Assembly: GCA_934169575.1 (NCBI GenBank)
Contig: CAKPOA010000006.1
Location: 457 to 64,456 of the forward strand
DNA from: an uncultured Clostridia bacterium
GTDB taxonomy: Bacteria > Bacillota > Clostridia > TANB77 > CAG-508
Direction: 5' to 3'
DNA: 64,000 nucleotides
Position 1 is the first letter of the stretch. Each line of letters begins with the position of its first letter. The notes below the pieces were generated by a model. It was not told where the DNA came from. It saw only the letters and a program-made list of their open reading frames with translations, and did no database searches. Below are positions 26,913 through 34,721 of the stretch, in pieces. A program made the position numbers and the translations under genes.

Positions 26913-26939
26913 GATGGCTTGAAATTAAGCCATTCTATT
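26908..26939. terminator. Bidirectional terminator between spoVAE and ftsZ
   Basis: AATAGGATGGCTT-GAAATT-AAGCCATTCTATT followed by GTTTTTAT. Confidence 0.65.
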
Positions 26940-26943
26940 GTTT

Positions 26944-28068
26944 TTATAATCCTTTATTTTTATTTTTTCTAAGGAATGATGGTATATCCAAATCATTTTG
27001 AGAATTGCCAAGATCTTGACTTGATGGTATAGAATTTATTTTCTTTTCCCATGTTTTTGGAGCACTTTTATCTCCTCTTAAACTATTTGTTTGTTCTGAT
27101 GTGTCATCAAAACCTGTTGCAATAACTGTTATTTGAATCTCATCATTCATTGTTTCATCAATTACTGTACCAAATATAATATTTGCTTCTGGGTCAACAC
27201 TGCGTTGAACAAGTTCAGCAGCTGTATTTACTTCTTGAAGACCTAAATCTTCTCCACCAGTAATATTTATAATTACACCTCTAGCACCTTCTATTGTAGT
27301 TTCAAGTAATGGACTTTGAATAGCTTGTTTTGCAGCATCTTCAGCTTTATTTTCTCCAGAGGCTCTACCAATTCCCATATGTGCCATACCTGTATTTAAC
27401 ATTATTGTTTTAACATCTGCAAAATCTAGGTTTACAGTACCTGTAACAGTTATTAAATCTGATATACCTTGAACACCTTGTCTTAAAATATCATCTGCCA
27501 TCATAAAAGCTTCTGTCATTGAAGTTTTTCTATCAATTACTTGAAGTAATTTATCATTTGGAATTACAATTAAAGTATCAACTTTTCCTTTTAGACTTTC
27601 AATTCCTCTTTCAGCTTGTGCTAAACGTTTTTTTCCTTCAAATGTAAATGGTTTTGTAACAACACCTATTGTTAATATTCCCATTTCTTTTGCAATACCT
27701 GCTACTGTTGGTGCAGCACCTGTTCCAGTTCCTCCACCCATTCCTGCAGTAACAAATACCATGTCTGCTCCGCGTAAAATTTCTGTTAATTCTGTTTTGC
27801 TTTCTTCTGCTGATTGTGCTCCAATATCTGGATTAGCACCAGCTCCTAAACCTCTAGTTATTTTTTCACCTATTTGAATTTTTGTATTTGCTTTTGATTT
27901 TTGTAGAGCTTGTCTATCTGTATTTACAGCTATGAATTCTACATTTTTTATTCCTAATTCTAGCATTCTGTTAACTGCATTATTTCCAGCTCCACCTACT
28001 CCTATTACTTTTATTGTTGCTGTTCCATCTTTCATTGTTATGTTATCATCTTCAAAATCCATCATCAC
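26944..28068 (-). CDS. ftsZ: Cell division GTPase FtsZ
   Basis: Tubulin signature [10 protein letters not shown], and NTD...A and VIATG segments. Exact start among GTG/ATG/ATG is uncertain. Confidence 0.97.
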   Translation of the reverse strand: MMMDFEDDNITMKDGTATIKVIGVGGAGNNAVNRMLELGIKNVEFIAVNTDRQALQKSKANTKIQIGEKITRGLGAGANPDIGAQSAEESKTELTEILRGADMVFVTAGMGGGTGTGAAPTVAGIAKEMGILTIGVVTKPFTFEGKKRLAQAERGIESLKGKVDTLIVIPNDKLLQVIDRKTSMTEAFMMADDILRQGVQGISDLITVTGTVNLDFADVKTIMLNTGMAHMGIGRASGENKAEDAAKQAIQSPLLETTIEGARGVIINITGGEDLGLQEVNTAAELVQRSVDPEANIIFGTVIDETMNDEIQITVIATGFDDTSEQTNSLRGDKSAPKTWEKKINSIPSSQDLGNSQNDLDIPSFLRKNKNKGL

Positions 28069-28139
28069 TTAATTTTCCTCCCTTTCATCTAAGCCCCTTA
28101 GATTAAACTTAAATATGTATTTTATAAAATTTAATTATT

Positions 28140-29369
28140 TTAACTGTAAAAAAATTCTTTTATTCTTGTAATTGCTATTTTTAGAATACTTTCTTTAGAA
28201 TTTGTATCAATTCTACTTGAAACATTTTTAGTATATGGTCTTGCTGCTATATATCTAATTAATGCATAACAAGTTCTATATTCAGGTTTTACAGAGCTTA
28301 TAGCTCTACCTGTAGAAATTTTTACTGGTATATTTAATGCAATTTTTCCAGCCACATCACTTTTTATTATATTTGTTATTCCCTGACCTGTTAATATTAC
28401 ATTATTAATTCTTGATTTAACTCCTTGGTTTGTTACATTTTTATTTACTAAAGAAAATATTTCTTCAATCCTTGCTTCCATTATTTCTATTAGTTCTGAA
28501 CTTTTTATAACCTTGTTTTTTCTTTCATTTTTACATGTATTTAGCATTATTTCATTATCATTATCAATAAATGATTTTAATGCAAATCCATATTGTCTTT
28601 TTAATTTATCTGCTTCTTCTTCAGAAATTGCAAGTACTAATGCTATATCATTTGTGATATTGTCACCTCCTAATGGTATAGTATCTGTATATATAAATTT
28701 ATTTCCTTCAAATACACCTATATCAGTATTTCCTGCTCCAACATCTAATAACATTATATTATCATGTAGTTCATTTTTGTCTAACATTAAATTTCTTTCT
28801 GCAAGTGTTACTGGAACTAATCCATCTATTTCTATTCCAGTTTTTTTCAATATTCCTGTTAATCTTTTTACATATTCTTTTTCAGCTAGTATAACTTGTG
28901 CATTTACAGTAAAGCTAGAACTTAGATTTCCAATTGGATCTGTTGTGACTTTGCCATCATCTAATACAATTTCATCTACAACCACATCAACTATCGTTTG
29001 CTGTTCTGGTACTTCAATATCTTTAACTTGTAAAAGTGCATTTTGTAAATCTTTTTGTGTTATACCTGTAAATTTATCTTTAACTTCTTTTAATATACTA
29101 TTTTGTACTATTGTTACATATTTACCAGGAATAGTTAAATATGCTGAATTTATTTTAAAGCCTACTTCATCTTCTGCTTCTTTTATAGTTTCTGAAATAC
29201 TTGTACATATTGCTTCTTCATTAACTATCTTTCCTTTTTTCAATCCGTTACATTTACAAGTGGTAGTGCATAAGATTTCTATCTGACCAAAATTGTTTAC
29301 TTCCCCGAGTATTGTACAAACTTTTGATGTTCCTATGTCAATACCAACTATGACATCACCCACTGCCAA
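28140..29369 (-). CDS. ftsA: Cell division protein FtsA
   Basis: Actin-like motifs (VGIDIGTSKV, LDVGAGNTDIGVF). TTG start 7 nt after GGAGG. TTGACA-17-TATAAA promoter upstream. Confidence 0.9.
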   Translation of the reverse strand: MAVGDVIVGIDIGTSKVCTILGEVNNFGQIEILCTTTCKCNGLKKGKIVNEEAICTSISETIKEAEDEVGFKINSAYLTIPGKYVTIVQNSILKEVKDKFTGITQKDLQNALLQVKDIEVPEQQTIVDVVVDEIVLDDGKVTTDPIGNLSSSFTVNAQVILAEKEYVKRLTGILKKTGIEIDGLVPVTLAERNLMLDKNELHDNIMLLDVGAGNTDIGVFEGNKFIYTDTIPLGGDNITNDIALVLAISEEEADKLKRQYGFALKSFIDNDNEIMLNTCKNERKNKVIKSSELIEIMEARIEEIFSLVNKNVTNQGVKSRINNVILTGQGITNIIKSDVAGKIALNIPVKISTGRAISSVKPEYRTCYALIRYIAARPYTKNVSSRIDTNSKESILKIAITRIKEFFYS

Positions 29370-29547
29370 GATAATTCCTCCATTTTTTTTGATTTTTGTT
29401 ATTATTTTTATATTACATTTTTAGACAATTGTCAATAGTTTTTGTAATATTTTTGAAATATTTTTGACATATTATTGTAATATTATTTCAATCTATTTTG
29501 TTTTATTTTTTAAAACTGTTTACCACCATTGATTTTCAAGATGTATT

Positions 29548-29931
29548 TTACATAACTTGTTCTTTTTTCTTTTTCTTTCTTTCTTCAATTTTTTGTGACC
29601 ATTTATCTATATAATATTTTCTAATAATTGTCAAGTTTATAAACATTCTTCCTACAAATACAACTATTGCTGCTAAATATATATCAACATCAAGTTTATT
29701 TCCCAAATAAGTCAATAATATAGATAATATTGCATTACAGAAAAAACCTGATATAAATACTTTTAAATTAAATTCACCTTTTAAAACTCCTGTAATTCCA
29801 CCAAATACAGAATCTAAAGCTGCAATTATTGCTATTGCCAAATAACTTGAATATGAATATGAAATTATAGGCAAATTAATTCCAACTAAAGCTCCTAAAA
29901 TACAACCAATTAATATAGCTATAAATGCCAT
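29548..29931 (-). CDS. sbp: Small basic membrane protein Sbp (DUF1290)
   Basis: Four hydrophobic segments plus a very basic tail (EERKKKKKEQ). Canonical position between the DUF881 genes and ftsA. Confidence 0.7.
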   Translation of the reverse strand: MAFIAILIGCILGALVGINLPIISYSYSSYLAIAIIAALDSVFGGITGVLKGEFNLKVFISGFFCNAILSILLTYLGNKLDVDIYLAAIVVFVGRMFINLTIIRKYYIDKWSQKIEERKKKKKEQVM

Positions 29932-29945
29932 TTTAATCACCCTTT

Positions 29946-30644
29946 CTAATTTTCTTCAATATATTTTGTTGTTATTTCTTCATCATATTTTTGAATGTTA
30001 ACTTTCTTTTTTTCCTCTATTTTTATTTGTTGTCCTAAACTAGTTATTTTCTCAGCATATCCACCATTTCCAATTAATGAGCTTTTTAGATATTCAGAAT
30101 TTCCTATAGCCTTTATTTCATATGGTGAAGTTACCCTCTGACTATTGACTTTGATAAATGAATTATTTATTAATGTAATATATGTATTATTTATTACTCT
30201 TTGATTATTTATAGAAATTGCTTCTGCTCCAGCATCTCTTAAATAATTTACTATTATCATTAATTCTTCTGCACTTATTTTTTGTTCTGAATTATCATTA
30301 TCTTGTAGAGTTATAATAACTCCTTGTCCTTCAACATCAGTTTTTCCCAGCATTAAATTTAAATTTGCAAGTTCATCTTCAAGATTTTGTTTTGTTTGAC
30401 TATCTGATGAAGATTGCTCTTTATATTTATTTAAAGTTTGTTCTGTCTCTTGATATTTCTGCTCTGTTTCTTCATATTTTGCTTTCCAGTTTGCAAGTTC
30501 TTGTTTTAAATCTTCTTCTCTCATTGTTTCAATTGATGATATATCTGTTTCATATACAATTTTAAATTGCATAAACATTATCATAACAAGAATAAAACAT
30601 GCTATTCCAGCAGTAATTATTATTGAAATCTTTCCTTTCTTCAT
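29946..30644 (-). CDS. DUF881 protein (YlxW-like division-cluster protein)
   Basis: N-terminal TM, coiled coil, and C-terminal GxG...ITL...AGAEAISIN...R pattern. Paralogous to the upstream gene. Confidence 0.75.
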   Translation of the reverse strand: MKKGKISIIITAGIACFILVMIMFMQFKIVYETDISSIETMREEDLKQELANWKAKYEETEQKYQETEQTLNKYKEQSSSDSQTKQNLEDELANLNLMLGKTDVEGQGVIITLQDNDNSEQKISAEELMIIVNYLRDAGAEAISINNQRVINNTYITLINNSFIKVNSQRVTSPYEIKAIGNSEYLKSSLIGNGGYAEKITSLGQQIKIEEKKKVNIQKYDEEITTKYIEEN

Positions 30645-30659
30645 AGTTTTCCCTCATTT

Positions 30660-31370
30660 CTATAATACAGATTTTGCATATTTAAAACTCATAATTCCAG
30701 TATATTTTGGAATACTAATTTTATCTCTTTTTTTAAATTCAGTTTTGACATTATAATCACCTAAAATGCTTAAATATCCACCTGCTCTATTTAAAGTTGA
30801 TAAAAGTTCCGGATAACCTATAGCATTTATTGTAAATGGTGATGTTACTTTTTCTCCATTTACAGTTATAACATTACCATCACAATTTATGGCAGTTGTT
30901 CCTACAATTCTTTTTCCATTTATTTCAATTGCTTCTGCTCCAGCATTTTTAAGTTCATTTACAACATTTAATAAATCTGTATTATGTATTAGTAAATCTT
31001 CAACTTTTAATGTACTTGAAGATGCGACACCATCTGCTAAAGTTATTGATGCACCAGTTCCTTTTACATCTGTTAGTCCAAGTAAAACATTTGCTTCTTT
31101 TATCTGTTTTTCTAAATTTTTAAGTTCTTCATTATTATTTGTAGCATTTTCTCTTGTCTTTTCCAACTCACTTTCAGTTTTTTGTAATTTTTCATAAGAA
31201 TTCTCATATTTTTCTTTCATCTTCAATACTTGTGTTTTAAGCTCGCTTTCTTCTTGTTTAACTCCAACTGTTGTACCATTATTATTAACAGTTTTAATTT
31301 GAACAACTATTCCTATTGTTAATATAAAGCACATTATCCCTATAATTACATATTGCATTTTTTTACTCAT
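30660..31370 (-). CDS. DUF881 protein (second paralog)
   Basis: Same architecture (GLTDVKGTGASITL...NAGAEAIEINGKRIV). Start set to ATG 31370 behind an AAAGGAGAG RBS. Confidence 0.75.
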   Translation of the reverse strand: MSKKMQYVIIGIMCFILTIGIVVQIKTVNNNGTTVGVKQEESELKTQVLKMKEKYENSYEKLQKTESELEKTRENATNNNEELKNLEKQIKEANVLLGLTDVKGTGASITLADGVASSSTLKVEDLLIHNTDLLNVVNELKNAGAEAIEINGKRIVGTTAINCDGNVITVNGEKVTSPFTINAIGYPELLSTLNRAGGYLSILGDYNVKTEFKKRDKISIPKYTGIMSFKYAKSVL

Positions 31371-31386
31371 AAAACTCTCCTTTCTA

Positions 31387-32430
31387 TCATTCTTCTCTAA
31401 AATACGCCTTAAATCCATTATTAAAATCACCATTTACAAATATTTTCCCGCTTTTTTCTTTTTCACTTTTTAATATTGTTTGAACATATAGCATTTTATT
31501 TGTGATATTACTACTATCTCCTAAAAATACTTGTTTTTTTTGATTTTCCATTTCTAATACATATTCTTCATTTTCAATTTTTATTTTTGTTATTTCATCA
31601 TATAAACTTAATTTTTTTGCACTATCTATTATTTTTAAAATTGCATTAATATTCTCAATATCATCATTAGAAATTCTTTTATCATTTAATAAATTTTCTT
31701 GCTCTGTTTTAAGTCCTTCTATTAATGGAACATTTGCTTTTTGGCTTGACTTTTCTAATATATATCCCTGATAATCTAGATATACATAACTATCTATTAC
31801 TTGAATTTGATATGCAACACTTCTTTCTTCAATATCTATTTCTATTGTTGTTGGAAGTTTTCTTTTAATTACAACACTGTTTATATATGGGTTGGTTTTT
31901 ATTTTTTCAGCAATATCTTTTTTATTATTTTTAAATATATTATTTTCCATCTTTAATTCTGACAAACTAATTATTGTTTCAGTTTCTATTTTTTTATTTC
32001 CTTCTACAACTATTTCATTTATATTAAATATTGGTGATACAAATGCAAATATAATTGTTGCAATTATTATCAAAAGCAAAAGCAATATTTTTATAAATTT
32101 ACTACTTTTTTTCTTTCTCTTCTTTTTATTTTGATTTTTGTAATTATTATTTTTTTTCTTACTTTTGTTTGCTTTTTTAGGCATTTCTGAATTTGAATTT
32201 TGTTTTATTGGATCTTTTACAACTTTTATTTTATCTAAACCTAATATCATATAATCTTTTTCATCATTCTGTTTTTGTTTTTTATTTAATGTATTTGTTT
32301 CTTTTTTATCACTTACTTTATTTCTTGTTGTTTTCCCATTTATCCTTTTTGTGACAAAAACTTGCTTGCCGTTTGCACTCATCTCACTTGTATCGTCTTC
32401 TTCAAAATATAAAAAATCATCTTTTTTCAT
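31387..32430 (-). CDS. divIB: Cell division protein DivIB/FtsQ
   Basis: Basic cytoplasmic N-tail, a single TM, POTRA-like FNINEIVVEGNKKIETETII, and its location in the division cluster. Confidence 0.75.
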   Translation of the reverse strand: MKKDDFLYFEEDDTSEMSANGKQVFVTKRINGKTTRNKVSDKKETNTLNKKQKQNDEKDYMILGLDKIKVVKDPIKQNSNSEMPKKANKSKKKNNNYKNQNKKKRKKKSSKFIKILLLLLIIIATIIFAFVSPIFNINEIVVEGNKKIETETIISLSELKMENNIFKNNKKDIAEKIKTNPYINSVVIKRKLPTTIEIDIEERSVAYQIQVIDSYVYLDYQGYILEKSSQKANVPLIEGLKTEQENLLNDKRISNDDIENINAILKIIDSAKKLSLYDEITKIKIENEEYVLEMENQKKQVFLGDSSNITNKMLYVQTILKSEKEKSGKIFVNGDFNNGFKAYFREE

Positions 32431-32450
32431 CAAATTCACCACCTTTATTT

Positions 32451-33362
32451 TTATTGTAATACTGCCCCTATTATTCCAGCATCATTTTCAAATTTTGCTA
32501 TTTCAATTTTAGGAATATATGATTTATAAAATGCATATTTTTTCTTTTCCATTTTATTTACAAGACTTTCATACATCCATTGTTTAAAATATGAAAAACT
32601 TCCACCAATACAAATTGCTTCTGGCAAAAATAAATCTATTAAATTTGAAAAACCAATTACTAGATTATCTGTAAATTCATCCATTGCTTTTTGTATATTT
32701 TTGTTATCAATATTTTCTTTAACCAAATCACTAAAATATTTTTTCTCTAATATATTTTCATCATTGTAAATATTCTCTAATTCCTTAATAACTTTGTTTT
32801 TTAAAGCACTCATTGCAGCATATTTTTCAAAGCATCCTTTTTTCCCACAGTTACACAATATTCCATTTTTTTCAATTACCATATGCCCTATTTCAAACCC
32901 TAAACCATTTCTTGCAGCTAATAATTTATTATCTAAAAATACAGCACCACCAACTCCTGTACCTAAACATAAAAATATACAATCTTTATAATTTTTTAAT
33001 GAACCATATTTTTTTTCTGCAAGTGCTGCAGCATTTCCATCATTTATAGCTTTTACTTTTGTTTTAAAAAATTTTTCCAAACTTGAAAAATCAATTTCTT
33101 TTATACCTAAATTATCTAATTTCATAGATTTCGTACCATATGCAATTCCAGGTACACTTATTCCAATTAATTCAATATGTTCTTTATATTTATTTACTAA
33201 TTCACCTATATTTTCTTCTAATAACCTAATGATTTTTTCTGTTTTTTCATCTTCTTTTTTATTTATTGTTTGTATTAATATTTCTTTTTTTTCTGCTATT
33301 TTTCCATTATTTACAAGTCCTATTCCTATATGACTTCCACCTATATCTACTCCTATTTTCAT
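32451..33362 (-). CDS. ROK-family sugar kinase (glucokinase-like)
   Basis: ATP motif GVDIGGSHIG. ROK Zn motif GHM...CNCGKKGCFE. Confidence 0.8.
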   Translation of the reverse strand: MKIGVDIGGSHIGIGLVNNGKIAEKKEILIQTINKKEDEKTEKIIRLLEENIGELVNKYKEHIELIGISVPGIAYGTKSMKLDNLGIKEIDFSSLEKFFKTKVKAINDGNAAALAEKKYGSLKNYKDCIFLCLGTGVGGAVFLDNKLLAARNGLGFEIGHMVIEKNGILCNCGKKGCFEKYAAMSALKNKVIKELENIYNDENILEKKYFSDLVKENIDNKNIQKAMDEFTDNLVIGFSNLIDLFLPEAICIGGSFSYFKQWMYESLVNKMEKKKYAFYKSYIPKIEIAKFENDAGIIGAVLQ

Positions 33363-33475
33363 ATTTATTAACATTCCTCCATTAAGCCTTAAATTATATG
33401 TCCATATTATACCACTTTATCATTCATCTTGTAAATATTTTTTTTACTTTTTTCTTCATATTATTTATTTTTTAT

Positions 33476-33503
33476 ACAAAAAAAATCGGCATTTCCGCCG
33501 ATT
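33476..33503 (-). terminator. Intrinsic terminator after the CAT-anticodon tRNA
   Basis: On the minus strand, AATCGGC-GGAAAT-GCCGATT is followed by an 8-nt T run. Confidence 0.8.
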
Positions 33504-33508
33504 AAGTT

Positions 33509-33585
33509 TGGTGCTCCCTCAAGGATTTGAACCTTGGACCCACCGGTTATGAGCCGGTTGCTCTGACCAACTGAGCTAAGGGAGC
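33509..33585 (-). tRNA. tRNA with CAT anticodon (Met, or lysidine-modified Ile2)
   Basis: Cloverleaf folds by hand: acceptor GCTCCCT/AGGGAGC, D arm GCTC/GAGC, anticodon stem ACCGG/CCGGT with loop CTCATAA, T arm CAAGG-TTCAAAT-CCTTG, encoded CCA. G1-C72 is paired, so it is not an initiator. The D and anticodon arms resemble Bacillus tRNA-Ile2. Confidence 0.9.
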
Positions 33586-33602
33586 TTTTTGCTACGTTTT
33601 TT

Positions 33603-33631
33603 AGTATACATTACTTTTTTATATTTGTCAA
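33603..33631 (-). promoter_or_regulatory. Sigma-A promoter for the CAT-anticodon tRNA
   Basis: TTGACA-17 nt-TATACT on the minus strand, with an A-rich upstream tract, ~18 nt before the tRNA 5' end. Confidence 0.7.
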
Positions 33632-33671
33632 TAGTTTTTTTATATTTTTTTCAAAAATTTTTCGCTACTTA

Positions 33672-33700
33672 TTGCAAATTTTTTCGCTTTATTGTATAAT
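33672..33700 (+). promoter_or_regulatory. Sigma-A promoter for tRNA-Gly
   Basis: TTGCAA-17 nt-TATAAT with TG immediately upstream of the -10, ending 16 nt before the tRNA 5' end. Confidence 0.75.
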
Positions 33701-33716
33701 TAATTTATAAATTTTT

Positions 33717-33791
<75 letters not shown>

Positions 33792-33827
33792 TGACGAATC
33801 TGTTCGAACTTTTTGAATAGAGATACA

Positions 33828-33860
33828 AATATCATTCTGAAAAGGATGGTATTTTTTTTT
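33828..33860 (+). terminator. Intrinsic terminator after tRNA-Gly (first of two tandem hairpins)
   Basis: AATATCATTC-TGAAAA-GGATGGTATT (two G.U pairs valid only on the + strand) followed by a T run. Confidence 0.75.
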
Positions 33861-33865
33861 GCCAA

Positions 33866-33895
33866 AATATCATCCGATGGAAAGGATGGTGTTTT
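33866..33895 (+). terminator. Second, duplicated terminator-like hairpin
   Basis: AATATCATCC-GATGGAAA-GGATGGTGTT then TTT. A sequence-related duplicate of the previous hairpin. Confidence 0.5.
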
Positions 33896-33995
33896 AAAAT
33901 GAAGATAATTAAAGAAGAATTACAATTGTAAAAGTCAATACAAAATTGATAAAAAAATTTAAAATTAAATTGATAAAAAAATTACAATATTCGCC

Positions 33996-34024
33996 TTGCT
34001 TTTTTGTGTAAAACAGAGTATAAT
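33996..34024 (+). promoter_or_regulatory. Sigma-A promoter for the 35-codon gene
   Basis: TTGCTT-17 nt-TATAAT, ~50 nt upstream of the ATG. Confidence 0.6.
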
Positions 34025-34073
34025 TTAAACATCCTTTTCATAAAGGAAATCTTTTTGAAGGGGGTGATGCTAT

Positions 34074-34181
34074 ATGACCAATGCAGAACTAATCTTAAAA
34101 TTAGTTGAAATGCTTATTGAATCTGAAAAGAAACAACAAGCAGAAAAAGCTAATGGACAGAATGGTCAGAACAGGGATTAG
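34074..34181 (+). CDS. Small hypothetical protein, 35 aa (not in ORF track)
   Basis: MTNAELILKLVEMLIESEKKQQAEKANGQNGQNRD. GAAGGGGGTGA RBS 6-7 nt before the ATG, with its own promoter and its own terminator. Confidence 0.5.
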   Translation: MTNAELILKLVEMLIESEKKQQAEKANGQNGQNRD

Positions 34182-34196
34182 TACATAACTAATCAT

Positions 34197-34235
34197 AAAG
34201 GGATAGTAACTTCCATTTGCTATTCCTTTATTTTT
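34197..34235 (+). terminator. Intrinsic terminator of the 35-codon gene
   Basis: AAAGGGATAG-13 nt-CTATTCCTTT (a G.U pair valid on the + strand) followed by ATTTTT. Confidence 0.65.
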
Positions 34236-34245
34236 ATACAAAACA

Positions 34246-34276
34246 AAAGAGATGCCTTCTTCCATTGCACCTCTTT
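34246..34276 (-). terminator. Convergent intrinsic terminator for the minus-strand small gene
   Basis: On the minus strand, AAAGAGGTGC-11 nt-GCATCTCTTT then TGTTTTGT. The G.U pair is only valid on the minus strand. Confidence 0.55.
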
Positions 34277-34386
34277 CTAACTATATGACTTCTGCAGAAC
34301 TTTAGTCAAATTTTAAGCTATTTATATTTTACTACGAAAAAATGAATTTGTCAAACGATTTTCAAACTTTTTTTCAATTTCTATAT

Positions 34387-34572
34387 TTATTCTGCACTTT
34401 TTAATTTCTTTATCTTTTTCTCATTTTCTTTGATAACTCCATCACAATATTTTTCAAGCATTCTCAATCTATCAACCGATAATAACTTTAAAGCTTCTAC
34501 ATTTCCATCTATTTCTTCAAGAAAATTCTTTTTATTTATAACATTATCAATATCAGCAGAATCCACTTTCAA
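34387..34572 (-). CDS. Small helical hypothetical protein. The reading frame continues upstream through an in-frame TGA to an RBS-equipped ATG at 34653.
   Basis: The ORF track gives a TTG start at 34572. The same frame upstream reads ATG(34653) MDEKKGIQIKYKKTL-TGA(34608-34606)-HSTSPKNFFEDL..., and a GAGGTGGTGA RBS precedes ATG 34653. Confidence 0.4.
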   Translation of the reverse strand: MKVDSADIDNVINKKNFLEEIDGNVEALKLLSVDRLRMLEKYCDGVIKENEKKIKKLKSAE

Positions 34573-34721
34573 ATCTTCAAAGAAGTTTTTTGGTGATGTA
34601 CTATGTCATAATGTTTTCTTGTATTTGATTTGTATTCCTTTTTTCTCATCCATGTTTTTTCACCACCTCTCTTTAGTAAAATATTTAATGCAATTCTATC
34701 ATTTATTCTATTTTTTCAATA

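Noticed and set aside
28513-29286. A 257-codon + strand ORF in the supplied track.
   Set aside because: It is entirely antisense to ftsA, whose identity is unambiguous. It is Ser/Phe/Ile-rich low-complexity sequence of the kind typical of antisense frames in AT-rich genes, and it has no RBS.
33899-33931. A 10-codon ORF (MKIIKEELQL) after the tRNA-Gly terminators.
   Set aside because: It is too short, its apparent RBS is part of the terminator hairpin, and there is no supporting context.
34606-34608. Possibility that TGA is a sense codon (code 4 or 25) in this low-GC organism. This was prompted by the in-frame TGA here and by TGA replacing TGG in repeat copy 4.
   Set aside because: Standard-code ORFs of up to 1124 codons run uninterrupted throughout. 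TGA functions as a stop in the ATGA overlap at 23185-23188. The organism also has sporulation, FtsZ and cell-wall genes that are incompatible with Mollicutes, SR1 or Gracilibacteria.
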